Origin: Candidatus Cloacimonadales bacterium
GTDB taxonomy: Bacteria > Cloacimonadota > Cloacimonadia > Cloacimonadales > JAFGVF01
DNA: 64,000 nt
Reading direction: 5' to 3'
Assembly: GCA_963678315.1 (NCBI GenBank)
Contig: OY782781.1
Span: 1 to 64,000 of the forward strand
Shown here: positions 49,979 through 60,871 of the stretch, one piece after another
Layout: each line of letters starts with the position of its first letter
How positions within the stretch are numbered: the stretch's first letter is position 1
The notes under the pieces: generated by a model
What the model saw: the letters and a program-made list of their open reading frames with translations, nothing else
Told to the model about the DNA's origin: nothing
Database searches by the model: none
Position numbers and translations under genes: made by a program

Positions 49979-50117
49979 ATGGAGTTAAGCCAGTTAAATC
50001 TAGACTAATTTTTGTTGGAATCACTCTTTGATATACGGGCATTCGACTAACATTTTTATTGACATATTGATAAAGAAAAAAGAAACTACTTAAACTAAAA
50101 CAAATAAGGTCATATTT

Positions 50118-51158
50118 ATGGATTTAATATCAAAAAATAAAAAGAAAAGATTTAAGAAAAAGAAACCTTTCGTACAAGATTGGATAGAAGCAATTTTATA
50201 TGCGCTTGTTGTAGCAATGATTATTAGAAATTTTACTTTCCAGAATTTCAAGATACCATCAGGTTCTATGGAGAACACTTTATTAGTAGGTGATTACCTT
50301 GTGGCTAATAAACTTAAATTTCATTTAACAGACCCTGAAAGAGGTGATATTGTTACATTCAGGATGCCTGCTGATCCAGAAAATCCCAATGATATTGATC
50401 TAAGTGATCCTCAAAATAGCTTAAACCCTTTTGCTAAATATACAGGAGATTATATACCATTATATCCTCCATTATACATCAACTCAAAGAAGATGTTTGA
50501 TTTACAAGCATGGACAATGTTTGGCTTAACCTATTATACACCAAAGAATGTTGTTAAAAGAGTTGTGGGTATGCCAGGAGATACTCTTCAAATAATTGAT
50601 AGAGATATCATTATTAATGGCGAGAATCTAGGAAGATTTCATGGTTTAAACAAGTATATATTTAATTTCACAAATACTTTCAATGAGATTTCTTCTATGG
50701 CAAAGAATGATAGAACTAAATATACTGAGTTTTTTGCTAATGATGATCCAGAAAAAGTAATTTATAATCTTAGTAAGCACTTTAAGTACATGTATGCAAC
50801 AATGACTGAAGAAGAGTTTAATAATAGTTCAGTAAAGTATAAGAAATATTTAAAGTATTTATTCAACAAATATGTTTCATCGAGAAAAATAGAGTGGGAT
50901 GGCAAATATATGGGAACAATTGAGAATTTTGGTCCTGTAGTTGTTCCTGAAGAAAGCTACTTTGTTATGGGAGACAATAGAAACAACAGTTATGATAGCA
51001 GATATTGGGGATTCTTAGAGAGAGAATATATTTCAGGAACTCCAAGCGTTATCTTCTTCTCAGTAGATGAATCCTCACAAGATGCAATGCAAGGTCATCA
51101 CACAGTAGGCCGATCAGGAAATACTCGTTGGGATAGACTTTTCAAGTTAGTTAAGTAG
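50118..51158 (+). CDS. lepB: Signal peptidase I
   Basis: IPSGSMENTL, RGDIVTF, VKRVVGMPGD, MGDNRNNSYDSRYWG. Confidence 0.93.
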   Translation: MDLISKNKKKRFKKKKPFVQDWIEAILYALVVAMIIRNFTFQNFKIPSGSMENTLLVGDYLVANKLKFHLTDPERGDIVTFRMPADPENPNDIDLSDPQNSLNPFAKYTGDYIPLYPPLYINSKKMFDLQAWTMFGLTYYTPKNVVKRVVGMPGDTLQIIDRDIIINGENLGRFHGLNKYIFNFTNTFNEISSMAKNDRTKYTEFFANDDPEKVIYNLSKHFKYMYATMTEEEFNNSSVKYKKYLKYLFNKYVSSRKIEWDGKYMGTIENFGPVVVPEESYFVMGDNRNNSYDSRYWGFLEREYISGTPSVIFFSVDESSQDAMQGHHTVGRSGNTRWDRLFKLVK

Positions 51159-52276
51159 TGAAAGCTCTTGTAGAACATATCTATATTCATGTACCATTTT
51201 GCACAACAAAATGTGGGTATTGTTCTTTTTATTCAGAGAAATATTCTAGGCAAAGAATACAGGAATACCTTGATATTCTTTCAAAAGAGATAAATTTATA
51301 TCAGGCTCAATATAAGCTTGTCCCCAAGACAATCTACTTTGGAGGTGGTACTCCTTCCCTATTGAGACCTTCTGATATAAGCAAGATATTGCACTTATTC
51401 CCTAATCTTGATTCTAATTGTGAAATTACAATCGAAGCAAATCCTATTACACTCACAAACAGCTATATTACTGAACTAAGTCATACTAAGATAAATAGAG
51501 TTAGTTTGGGACTACAAAGCAGTCTGGAAAAGAATTTAACATTTTTAGGGAGAAAGCATAAAGCTAATGATGTTCAATCTATAATAAAAAGATTAAGAGA
51601 AATAAAGATTAATAATATTTCACTTGATTTAATCTATGGAATACCAAATCAATCAATAGCAGACCTGCAAGAAGATATTAAATTTTATACAAACCAAGAT
51701 ATCGAGCATATTTCCATTTACTGTCTATCAATTGATGAAGGAAGTCTCTTCTATGAAAATCAAGTTAGTCTTCCTCATAGCGATTTAGTAGCAGATATGT
51801 ATTCTTTGATAGTAGATCAACTTCCTACATTAGGATTTAGGCAATATGAGATTTCTAACTTCTGTAAAGATAATCAATATTCCATACATAATTTATCATA
51901 TTGGGACTGCAAGAACTATCTAGGATTAGGGCCTGGAGCTGTAGGAACAATAAACAATATACGTTACTACAACCCCCACTTTCAGCCTTGGAAAGATAAT
52001 GTTGAACAAGGGAAAATATTAACAGATATCGAGCACTTAGATAATCTTAGCAAAATTAATGAGTATATAATGCTAAAATTAAGATTAGTATCTGGTTTAG
52101 ATTTGAATAGCTTTAGAACAAGATTTGCATATAATATATATGATGCTAAGAAAAAGATAATTGATAAATATGTGGAGCAAGGATTCTTAGACTTTTCAGG
52201 AAGTAATTTATCCTTGACGAATAAAGGAAAATTTGTTTCTAATTATATAATATCTGACCTTTTGGAGGATAATTGA
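51158..52276 (+). CDS. hemW: Radical SAM heme chaperone HemW
   Basis: YIHVPFCTTKCGYCSF, YFGGGTPS, EITIEANP, YEISNF...HN..YW. Confidence 0.88.
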   Translation: MKALVEHIYIHVPFCTTKCGYCSFYSEKYSRQRIQEYLDILSKEINLYQAQYKLVPKTIYFGGGTPSLLRPSDISKILHLFPNLDSNCEITIEANPITLTNSYITELSHTKINRVSLGLQSSLEKNLTFLGRKHKANDVQSIIKRLREIKINNISLDLIYGIPNQSIADLQEDIKFYTNQDIEHISIYCLSIDEGSLFYENQVSLPHSDLVADMYSLIVDQLPTLGFRQYEISNFCKDNQYSIHNLSYWDCKNYLGLGPGAVGTINNIRYYNPHFQPWKDNVEQGKILTDIEHLDNLSKINEYIMLKLRLVSGLDLNSFRTRFAYNIYDAKKKIIDKYVEQGFLDFSGSNLSLTNKGKFVSNYIISDLLEDN

Positions 52277-53523
52277 AAAAGATAGTTTTACTTGTAATTA
52301 TATATTTTGTTATAAGCTTGAGTTGGAGTGAAATTTTAATTCCAATGGATGAAAGTCAAACTAATCATCTAAAAGCTTATGGAGTTGTTTTCCGAGGATT
52401 AAAGAATAATCAAACAGCTAAATGGCTACTAAACTATAGAGGTGGTTCTTTTTTATGTCAAGATACAGAGCTAATAGTCAGCGACTGTAACATAAGTGGT
52501 GTTTCTTTTGAAAGAGTAAATGCAAGTGAAATACTTTCAATCTTTGATGTTATTGAGAATAATAATATGGAAGCTGTTGTTTTAGAGAAAGAGCCTAAAA
52601 TTGCAGTTTACTCCCCTCCTACTAAAGAACCTTGGGATGACGCAGTTACCTTAGTTCTTACTTATGCTGGGATTGAGTATGAAACTGTTTGGGATGAAGA
52701 AGTAATTACAAAAGGACTTGATGATTATGACTGGGTTCATTTGCATCATGAAGATTTTACAGGACAATTTGGTAAGTTCTATGCATCATATAGATTTGCA
52801 GATTGGTATAAAAAAGAAGTTAGAACCAATGAAGCAATGGCTAATAAATTAGGCTTTAGTAAAGTATGGAAATTAAAACATGCGGTAGCTGAAAAAATCA
52901 GAAAGTTTGTTATAGATGGAGGATTTCTCTTTGCTATGTGTGGAGCTACTGATACAATTGATATTGCTTTAGCAGCTGGTTCAACAGATATTGTTCCTAA
53001 AGAATTTGATGGAGATGGAATAGACAAGAACTACAAGATGAAAATGAATTTTGAAAGGACCTTCGCATTTGAAAACTTCTCAATCATTGAGAATCCACTG
53101 AAGTATGAGTATTCAGATATTGATGGTTCTGATTATGCTTCAATACGTGGTGCTGAAGCTGATTACTTCCAGCTGTTTGATTTCTCAGCAAAGTTTGACC
53201 CAGTTCCAACAATGCTAACACAAAATCATACAACTATCGTCAATGGTTTCTTAGGAATGACTACATCTTTTAAAAAGAATGTTATCAAGAAAAGTGTTGT
53301 TATCCTTGGAGATATTCCACAAAGTGAAGAGAGTAAGTATCTTCATGGTAATCTTGGGAAAGGTACTTTTACATTTTACGGTGGACATGATCCAGAAGAT
53401 TATCGCCATCTAGTAGGAGACCCAGAAACAGTGCTTGATATGCATAAGAATTCCGCGGGATATAGACTTATATTGAACAATGTCCTCTTCCCTGCTGCTG
53501 AGAAAAAGAAACTAAAAACTTAA
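52273..53523 (+). CDS. Conserved secreted protein of unknown function
   Basis: Signal peptide; HLKAYG, WLLNYRGGSF, LHHEDFTGQ, FAMC, GGHDPED; possible class I glutamine-amidotransferase-like fold. Confidence 0.65.
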   Translation: MKKIVLLVIIYFVISLSWSEILIPMDESQTNHLKAYGVVFRGLKNNQTAKWLLNYRGGSFLCQDTELIVSDCNISGVSFERVNASEILSIFDVIENNNMEAVVLEKEPKIAVYSPPTKEPWDDAVTLVLTYAGIEYETVWDEEVITKGLDDYDWVHLHHEDFTGQFGKFYASYRFADWYKKEVRTNEAMANKLGFSKVWKLKHAVAEKIRKFVIDGGFLFAMCGATDTIDIALAAGSTDIVPKEFDGDGIDKNYKMKMNFERTFAFENFSIIENPLKYEYSDIDGSDYASIRGAEADYFQLFDFSAKFDPVPTMLTQNHTTIVNGFLGMTTSFKKNVIKKSVVILGDIPQSEESKYLHGNLGKGTFTFYGGHDPEDYRHLVGDPETVLDMHKNSAGYRLILNNVLFPAAEKKKLKT

Positions 53524-53535
53524 ACAGGAATATAG

Positions 53536-54441
53536 ATGAGTAATTACTATAAGAATAGAAAAGAAATTGAGCTAAAAGTTGGAGTGTTTTTTGTTGTAGG
53601 ATTGATAGCATTGGTGCTAGGAATAGCATTTTTGAAGGATATTGCTTTTAATAGAGATAATGAAAGCCTAAGAGTTAAATTTGAGTCAACTAATGGATTA
53701 GATCCAGGAGATAAAGTCAAAATCAATGGTATTGATGTTGGCAAAATCGAAGACATTTCACTAGTTGAAGATGGAGTTCTTGTCCTTGCTTCTGTAGAGA
53801 AACAGCAATTTAAGCTAGGGGAAGACTCAAAGTTTCTTGCTTCAGAATCTAGTCTGATGGGTGGACACCATTTAGATATAGTTCCTGGAAGATCAACTAA
53901 TCCTCTAAGTTTTGATAAGGTACATGTTGGAGAGAATGGTTCTTCAATCTACTCTGTAATTGGTGATGCTAAAACTTTGATGAATAATCTATCTAACACA
54001 ATAGAATATTTGAATGGAAACTTAGAGATAATTGATTCTACTAAGGTCCTTTTGAGCAATGCTGGTAACGCAATAAAAGAAGTTCAAGATGTGATTGTTA
54101 GTAATAAAGATGATATAAAAAGCTTAATTTCTAGTCTAAATCATTCATCTAAAGAGATAGTTAACTTGCTTGATACAAATAAATCATACATTGATTCTAC
54201 TCTTGTTCAAGCCCCTGCTATAGCTAGTAATCTAAATCAAAACTTAAATGATATGAAAGTTGTGGTTTCTAAGCTAAATAGTATTCTTGATAAATATGAG
54301 TCAAACGATAATTCGGTAAAGAAATTACTAGAAGATAAAGAACTACACGATAAGTTAATACAAACAATTAACAGTGCAGATTCCTTGATAAATGATGTAA
54401 AAAAACATCCTTCTAAATATATAACAATCGAGATATTCTAA
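53536..54441 (+). CDS. mlaD: MlaD/MCE family protein
   Basis: LKVGVF TM, GL..GD.V.ING..VGKI, SLMG, helical C-terminus ending DVKKHP.KY. Confidence 0.82.
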   Translation: MSNYYKNRKEIELKVGVFFVVGLIALVLGIAFLKDIAFNRDNESLRVKFESTNGLDPGDKVKINGIDVGKIEDISLVEDGVLVLASVEKQQFKLGEDSKFLASESSLMGGHHLDIVPGRSTNPLSFDKVHVGENGSSIYSVIGDAKTLMNNLSNTIEYLNGNLEIIDSTKVLLSNAGNAIKEVQDVIVSNKDDIKSLISSLNHSSKEIVNLLDTNKSYIDSTLVQAPAIASNLNQNLNDMKVVVSKLNSILDKYESNDNSVKKLLEDKELHDKLIQTINSADSLINDVKKHPSKYITIEIF

Positions 54442-54452
54442 AAAGGTATAAC

Positions 54453-57400
54453 ATGAAAAAACATATAGTAATAATAATTCTTCTAAGTATAGTTATTGGT
54501 CTTTATGGTCAGTATTTTGGTAGAAACAAGATTCAGAATGAAAAAGAAGAGTGGTCACAGATTAAAACAATTCACTTTGATTTGTACTTCCCCAAAGGTG
54601 AAGATGATTTTGGTAAACAAGTAGCTGTTCTTGCAGAAGACACTTATTACTATCTAAGAGATGATTTTAAGACCCCATTACAAGGTAAGATACCGCTAAT
54701 AGTCTATCCATCTCAACAAGATTTCATTACTACCAATGTAATTTCTTCCCTCTTGAGTGAAGGAGTTGGTGGCTTTACTGAAAGCATGAAAAACAGAATA
54801 GTTATTCCATTCAATGGTTCTTACAAGGCAATGGAAGATGTATTAACACACGAAATGACCCATGCTTATATCAATGCACTAGATAAACAGAACCGTTTTA
54901 AAGGTTCTTATGGAGCAACTAATAGTAGATTACCATTCTGGTTCACTGAAGGGCTTCCTGAATTCTTATCCCTTGTAGGTGAAGACAATCACAATGATAT
55001 GTTCATTATTGATATGGTTCTTAATGATAGGTTAATTCCAATGGAACAAGTTGGTGGTTACTTTGCATATAGGCAAGGAGAAGCTTTCTTAAACTACATC
55101 TACAATGAGTATGATAGAGAAAAAGTTATGGAATTCTTTAATGCTATTAGACAACAAAGTGACCTAGACAAAGTATGCGATAAAGTATTTGGAATGACTT
55201 TTCATAACTTAGAACTTTCCTTTAAGAACTACCTCAAGAGAAAATACTATTACTACATCAACGAACTTAAAATGCCATACGAAGTTGGTCAACGCTTAAC
55301 TGATTTTGAGAATGTTGGTGGTTCAAGAAACTACGGTGTTAAAATATCTCCAGATGGAACTAAATATCTTTACTTTACAGATAGAGAATGGAGACAAAGT
55401 GTTTGGTTAGGAACATTCCATGATTCAAAAGAAGGTAGTAAGAAAATCTTCACAGGAGAAGCAAGTGGTCGCTTTGAAGAGTTTCACTATGACAAGAATA
55501 ATTTATGCTGGTTAGCAGATAATGAATCTTTTGCCTTTGTAGCAAAGACATCAAAAGGCGATAGAATATATATAATGAACTTAGATGGACATGTAATCAA
55601 AAACATTGAAATCCCTAATATAGATACTATTTTTGAGATTGATATAAACAATGAAGCTAATGAAATAGTCTTTTCTGCTGTAGAAGATATGCAGACAGAT
55701 ATCTTTACCTATAATATTGATAGTAAAAAACTTACTAAGATAACTAATGACATATACTTCAATCATCAACCAGCTTATTCTTATGATGCTTCTAAAATAG
55801 CTTTTGCTTCTGAAAGACACCTTGTCGACTCAGTAAGAGATGGATACTTCTCAGGTCTAAGAAATACTATTCTAGTCTATGACCGTGATAGTAAGCAATT
55901 CACTGATGTTACTTTAAATGATAATGATAACACTAACCCAACGTGGCTAGGCACAAGTAATGATTCTCTTTTATTCATAAACGATGAGTTACTTTCTAAC
56001 TATATGCTCGTAGACATCAAGAACAGTAAGGTAGCCAAAGTAACTAACATAATCTCAGGTGTTAATGATGGAGATATAAATTTAAATAAAAACAGGTTGG
56101 TAGTTTCAAACTATCAAGATAGAGGTTGGAACCTATATAGTATCGATTTACCATTAGAAGAACTCACATTTGAAGAGTGCAAGAAAGCAGAAATAGTCAC
56201 AATGAACAATGATAGAAGCCTCTTTTATAATGACAGCAGATTCAAGGAAATTGGATATGTAAAAAGAGAATTCAATAAAGTTAGAAAAGATTATAGTGGA
56301 TTTAAAGGAACTATAGTTAACTTTAACTATGATGCTGTTAGCGATAGCACAGTCATTGCTGGTAACATGGACATCGATAATGTAGCAGATTCTTTAAAAG
56401 TAAGCCCCAAGATTGAAGACTACAAGGTAAGATTCCAGATAGATAACATTTGGGGTGGTGCAGCCTACTCTTCTGCTGATGGAGCTATTGGCTTCATCCA
56501 AACTAGCTTTAGCGACCTTATGGGTAATCATGGATTAGGAGTAAGTCTTGGTCTTGCAGGCAAACTAGAGGAGTCAAGTTTAAGCTTACGTTACCTCTAT
56601 TTACCATATAGATGGGATTTTGGTGTTGGTGGCTTCTATGTGAATGATGAGCAAGTTTATCGTTCTTCCTACTATTCTAATGTATTCTACCGAGAGAAAG
56701 AACTATCGGCAGGTATCAGTACAATGATAAACTATCCTATTAATAAGTTCTGGAGATTAGAATTTAACAACACCCTTTATAAATATGTTTCTGAATGGGA
56801 GATATCAGAAGACTTTGAAGAAAGCTGGAATCCTATTGATGAAGAAGCTAATCCTTATTTAGCCAAAGAAGATTATTTAATGGATAGACCTTCTTTCTCA
56901 ATTGTACACGATAATACTTTATATGGACCAACAGGACCATTAATGGGCTGGCGTGGAGCTTATACTTTAGAAGCTAATATAGGTGAAGAGAAATATACAA
57001 ATTTAACAAGCTATCTTGATGTTCGAGGATACAAATTCTTCCATAAAAGATATGCTATAGCAGGAAGACTTATAGCTGGATTCTCTCGCGGTAAAGATCC
57101 AACAATGTTTGAGCTCGATACTTACAATGGTGTTAGAGGCTATGACGATAATGAACCAGGACGTAAGAATAAGCTCTTAACCAGTTTAGAATTACGCTTC
57201 CCATTTATGGACTACGTTGATATTGCCTTCCCACTACCTATTATTCTAGGTAATATTAGAGGGGCTGTTTTCACGGATGTCGGTGTAATTTGGGGTGATT
57301 CAAGTTACGATGAGTTTAATGGCGATAACTATACATTCGATGCAATAAAAGGACAACGACTAAAAGATATTAAGATGGGCTTTGGATTCGGACCTAGATT

Positions 57401-57503
57401 TAGTATGGGACCACTTGTACTTAAGTTTGACTTTGCTTGGGATACTGATCTAGTTGACTGTGGTAAGCCTACCTATATGTTTAGTATTTACGAAGAATTC
57501 TAG
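54453..57503 (+). CDS. Omp85-superfamily protein with N-terminal zincin-like (HExxH) domain and PD40 beta-propeller
   Basis: QYFGRNKIQ; HEMTH..PFWFTEG..E; SPDG/SYDA PD40-like repeats; C-terminal barrel with VRGY, ELRFP, FTDVG, GFGFG and terminal F. Confidence 0.7.
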   Translation: MKKHIVIIILLSIVIGLYGQYFGRNKIQNEKEEWSQIKTIHFDLYFPKGEDDFGKQVAVLAEDTYYYLRDDFKTPLQGKIPLIVYPSQQDFITTNVISSLLSEGVGGFTESMKNRIVIPFNGSYKAMEDVLTHEMTHAYINALDKQNRFKGSYGATNSRLPFWFTEGLPEFLSLVGEDNHNDMFIIDMVLNDRLIPMEQVGGYFAYRQGEAFLNYIYNEYDREKVMEFFNAIRQQSDLDKVCDKVFGMTFHNLELSFKNYLKRKYYYYINELKMPYEVGQRLTDFENVGGSRNYGVKISPDGTKYLYFTDREWRQSVWLGTFHDSKEGSKKIFTGEASGRFEEFHYDKNNLCWLADNESFAFVAKTSKGDRIYIMNLDGHVIKNIEIPNIDTIFEIDINNEANEIVFSAVEDMQTDIFTYNIDSKKLTKITNDIYFNHQPAYSYDASKIAFASERHLVDSVRDGYFSGLRNTILVYDRDSKQFTDVTLNDNDNTNPTWLGTSNDSLLFINDELLSNYMLVDIKNSKVAKVTNIISGVNDGDINLNKNRLVVSNYQDRGWNLYSIDLPLEELTFEECKKAEIVTMNNDRSLFYNDSRFKEIGYVKREFNKVRKDYSGFKGTIVNFNYDAVSDSTVIAGNMDIDNVADSLKVSPKIEDYKVRFQIDNIWGGAAYSSADGAIGFIQTSFSDLMGNHGLGVSLGLAGKLEESSLSLRYLYLPYRWDFGVGGFYVNDEQVYRSSYYSNVFYREKELSAGISTMINYPINKFWRLEFNNTLYKYVSEWEISEDFEESWNPIDEEANPYLAKEDYLMDRPSFSIVHDNTLYGPTGPLMGWRGAYTLEANIGEEKYTNLTSYLDVRGYKFFHKRYAIAGRLIAGFSRGKDPTMFELDTYNGVRGYDDNEPGRKNKLLTSLELRFPFMDYVDIAFPLPIILGNIRGAVFTDVGVIWGDSSYDEFNGDNYTFDAIKGQRLKDIKMGFGFGPRFSMGPLVLKFDFAWDTDLVDCGKPTYMFSIYEEF

Positions 57504-57512
57504 GAGTAGTCT

Positions 57513-60500
57513 ATGCAAAAGAAAGTATATCTAGTACTTTTGGCTATGCTTACAATACATCTTGTAATTGGAATGGATATTGTCATAAAGAATAGACCTA
57601 TAAATCAAGAAGTAAGCAAGAATGGAATAATTCTTAAGCAAGAAGGTTCTTATTATTCTGGGATAAAGAATGAACCTTTCATACCCATTCTAGCTAAATA
57701 CTTCTCTATACCAAAGTACAAGAAAGTAACTTCTGTTCAAGTTAAGATAAATTCAAGTTATACAGTCGATTTACCATTAGGAAATAAGATTAAAGCTCAA
57801 TCTGGACAGTATATTCTTTCACACAAGGATATTGAGATAATTGAGCAAGAAGAATACTCAAAAGCATCTTATCCTGATAAGCTATTATTCAATAGTGGTT
57901 CAAACATCTCAGCTAATGAGAACATCGCTTATGTAGCTCTTTATTCAGCCATTTACAATGTAAAAGAGCATAGTCTAACTATCCCCCATTCTTTTACTAT
58001 TAGCCTTTTCTTGGAAGATGATTATTCTCAAGAGTATTTCCCAGCTACACCATTTACTGAACAGGTCAATTCTCAATTACTAGATAATTACACACGCACT
58101 GCTACAGAAGATAAATATCTCATAATCTACCCTACTGAACTTGGCCAAGCATATTTGCCACTGGCTAACTTCCGACAACGCCAGGGGGTTGAACTCTTTA
58201 GCCAAACCACTGAATTCATCTATGCTAATTACAATGGGCAAGATAATCAAGCTAAGATTAGAAACTATATCAAAGAAGTTGTAGCAGACAATGCTATTAC
58301 CCATGTAACTTTAGGCGCAGATATTGAGCATATCCCTGAGAGAAGATTCTGGGCATTTGATTGCGATTTTTCTAGCAACGACCAAGAAAACCACATTCCA
58401 GCGGATATGTACTATGCTTGTCTTAATGGTGACTGGAATGCAGATGGCAATGACTTATATGGTGAAGACATTGACGAACCTGACTATTTTCCTGAAATAG
58501 TTCTTTCTCGAATACCAGCTCGTACAAGTGCAGAAGTCCAAGCTATGGTAAGCAAGATAATCGATTATGAACAAGTTAATTACCCAGATTATTCTACAGG
58601 CTTAGGGCTTTCTTCTAATTTGTGGGAAACATCTAATAGTGTAATAACCCAACAATATATTGAAGCTCAATATTACAATGATTTCATTGAGAACACTATT
58701 CTTTATGATGAAGATAACAATGTGAACAATGCTCAATATTACTTCAATCAGAACCCTAATATTGTACAACATACAGGACATTGTTTTACTCAAGTTATGG
58801 CTTTAGAAGATGGACTTATCAATCAAGACTTTGTTGATAATATGACTAATGATTATGCTGGTGTGGTTTATTCTATAGGTTGTTGGGCAAATGCCCTAGA
58901 TTATGATAGCATAGCTGAAAAGCTAATGCGTAAAGATAATCATGGCATTACTACTTTTGTAGGTAACTCTAGATATGGTTGGGGTGCTCCTAATGCAGAT
59001 GCTTTTGGTTTCTCTGAATTCTATCAAAAGGAGTTCTTTAAGCAGCTCTTCCTCAATAAGCAAACTAATGTAGCAAGTCTTAATCAGCTTCAAAAGATTC
59101 CTTTCGTTGCTTATATGGGCGGTAATTCAGTCTATAAATGGGTATCTTACGAGCTTAACACGATTGGAGATTCTTACTTTAATTTGATAATAAATGAACC
59201 TAAGCAGCTTGATGTTACTTATAACAGTATTGGTGATAATTACTATCTTTCTGTACAAGATAATGGAATTGAAGTTAATGATGCACAAGTCTCAGTTAAT
59301 GGAACGATTGTTGATAATAACAATGGGACATATCAATTTATGGCTGAACCTGCTAGCATTGTTAATGTCTATAAATATGGTTATTATTACAAGACTATTG
59401 AGCTTGAAAGCATTAACGAGACCGGCTTTTTATCTCTTAACTATACCTATCAACCAAGCCAGGATAACCCTGAAAACAATATTTTCTATAAGTTAATTAA
59501 TTCTAGTGATGAAGACCTAAACTGGGAATTACGTGTAAGCTATAACAACTCAATTGATGAGAATATAGCTTATGGTTCATTAGCTGCAAACTCTATTTCA
59601 GCTGACTTATCGGGTTATCATAATTTCTTGTTTCCTGATGGATTAAGATTCACACTATGGGATAGCCAAGCAGGAATAATTATTGATTCTAAATCTTTTA
59701 GTCAGGATTCACCATCTCTCAACTTAACTATTAATAGTGTAGAAACACAAGTTTATCCCCTAGTTTATGAGCAAAGTAATCAACTCTCATTTAGTTTAAA
59801 AGATGATTCTTCTTACCCAAATATTGGCAGATACGACTTGTCTTTTACTAGTGATGATTTTACTATTAGCCCAGAAACAATAACTGATATTGAAGATATT
59901 ACTCAAGTGTTTAGCTTAGAGCTTTCACCCCTATCTTCTATTAATAATATTGGAGTTTTAAATGTCGATGTGACTATGCAGTTTGATGATGTATCCTTTA
60001 ATCAATCTCTTGATCTTCCATTAGCAATAGCTGAATCTTCTTTCCATGATGATTTTGAAGAATCTCCTATTTGGTTCTCTGAAAACCAATGGCAGAGAAC
60101 GACTGACCAAGCCTTAGATAGTGATTATTCTTTAACATGTCGACCTCAAGATTATGGTGATTATGTTCTAGATTTGCCATTAGTTACATTTACTGAACAA
60201 CTCGCTCTCAGCTTTGATTATAAGTACAATATGCCAATGTATGGATCTGATGGAATTTCTCTTTATCTTGTACACGGTGATGTTGAAGAGAGATTACTAT
60301 TCTTGGGTTCTGGTGGAGCCTTAGATGGACTAACAAGCAGAAACAATTATATCTTTAGTGACTGGGCAAATTACACTCTTAATCTGAATGATAATATTCT
60401 AAATCGACCAGCTTTAGGAGATGAGATTATCATTAGGTTTGTCTATACTTACATGGAAAATGAGGACATTCCAAATGATTATTATAATAATCCAGAATTA

Positions 60501-60854
60501 GGCACCTTCATTGATAATTTAAGCTTCATCACTTTGAATAATACCCCTAATTCCGATGATATTATTACTAGTGAAAGTAATCCAATTTTAATTTATCCAA
60601 ATCCTTCAACAATTGAGAATCTGAAGATTGAAGTAAATGACAGAATTGGTAATTCTTATGAATTGAAGGTATATAATATAAAAGGTCAGCTTGTTAATGA
60701 GATTAAAGGTCAATTAAATAACAAGGACAGTAAATTAATACAATTTAATGATAGAGCTAGTAATAAGTCAAACCTTTCTTCCGGAATTTATTTAATTCAG
60801 TATAAATCCGTTGACATTGTTGAGACAAGAAAAATTCTTATACTAAATAAATAA
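57513..60854 (+). CDS. Gingipain-like C25 cysteine peptidase with propeptide and T9SS-like C-terminal domain
   Basis: IRNYIK, ADMYY..L.GDW, SRIP, catalytic HTGH and SIGC, IGD; terminal IYPNP...VYNIKGQ...SSGIY. Confidence 0.85.
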   Translation: MQKKVYLVLLAMLTIHLVIGMDIVIKNRPINQEVSKNGIILKQEGSYYSGIKNEPFIPILAKYFSIPKYKKVTSVQVKINSSYTVDLPLGNKIKAQSGQYILSHKDIEIIEQEEYSKASYPDKLLFNSGSNISANENIAYVALYSAIYNVKEHSLTIPHSFTISLFLEDDYSQEYFPATPFTEQVNSQLLDNYTRTATEDKYLIIYPTELGQAYLPLANFRQRQGVELFSQTTEFIYANYNGQDNQAKIRNYIKEVVADNAITHVTLGADIEHIPERRFWAFDCDFSSNDQENHIPADMYYACLNGDWNADGNDLYGEDIDEPDYFPEIVLSRIPARTSAEVQAMVSKIIDYEQVNYPDYSTGLGLSSNLWETSNSVITQQYIEAQYYNDFIENTILYDEDNNVNNAQYYFNQNPNIVQHTGHCFTQVMALEDGLINQDFVDNMTNDYAGVVYSIGCWANALDYDSIAEKLMRKDNHGITTFVGNSRYGWGAPNADAFGFSEFYQKEFFKQLFLNKQTNVASLNQLQKIPFVAYMGGNSVYKWVSYELNTIGDSYFNLIINEPKQLDVTYNSIGDNYYLSVQDNGIEVNDAQVSVNGTIVDNNNGTYQFMAEPASIVNVYKYGYYYKTIELESINETGFLSLNYTYQPSQDNPENNIFYKLINSSDEDLNWELRVSYNNSIDENIAYGSLAANSISADLSGYHNFLFPDGLRFTLWDSQAGIIIDSKSFSQDSPSLNLTINSVETQVYPLVYEQSNQLSFSLKDDSSYPNIGRYDLSFTSDDFTISPETITDIEDITQVFSLELSPLSSINNIGVLNVDVTMQFDDVSFNQSLDLPLAIAESSFHDDFEESPIWFSENQWQRTTDQALDSDYSLTCRPQDYGDYVLDLPLVTFTEQLALSFDYKYNMPMYGSDGISLYLVHGDVEERLLFLGSGGALDGLTSRNNYIFSDWANYTLNLNDNILNRPALGDEIIIRFVYTYMENEDIPNDYYNNPELGTFIDNLSFITLNNTPNSDDIITSESNPILIYPNPSTIENLKIEVNDRIGNSYELKVYNIKGQLVNEIKGQLNNKDSKLIQFNDRASNKSNLSSGIYLIQYKSVDIVETRKILILNK

Positions 60855-60871
60855 AACTACAGGAGTTATGT

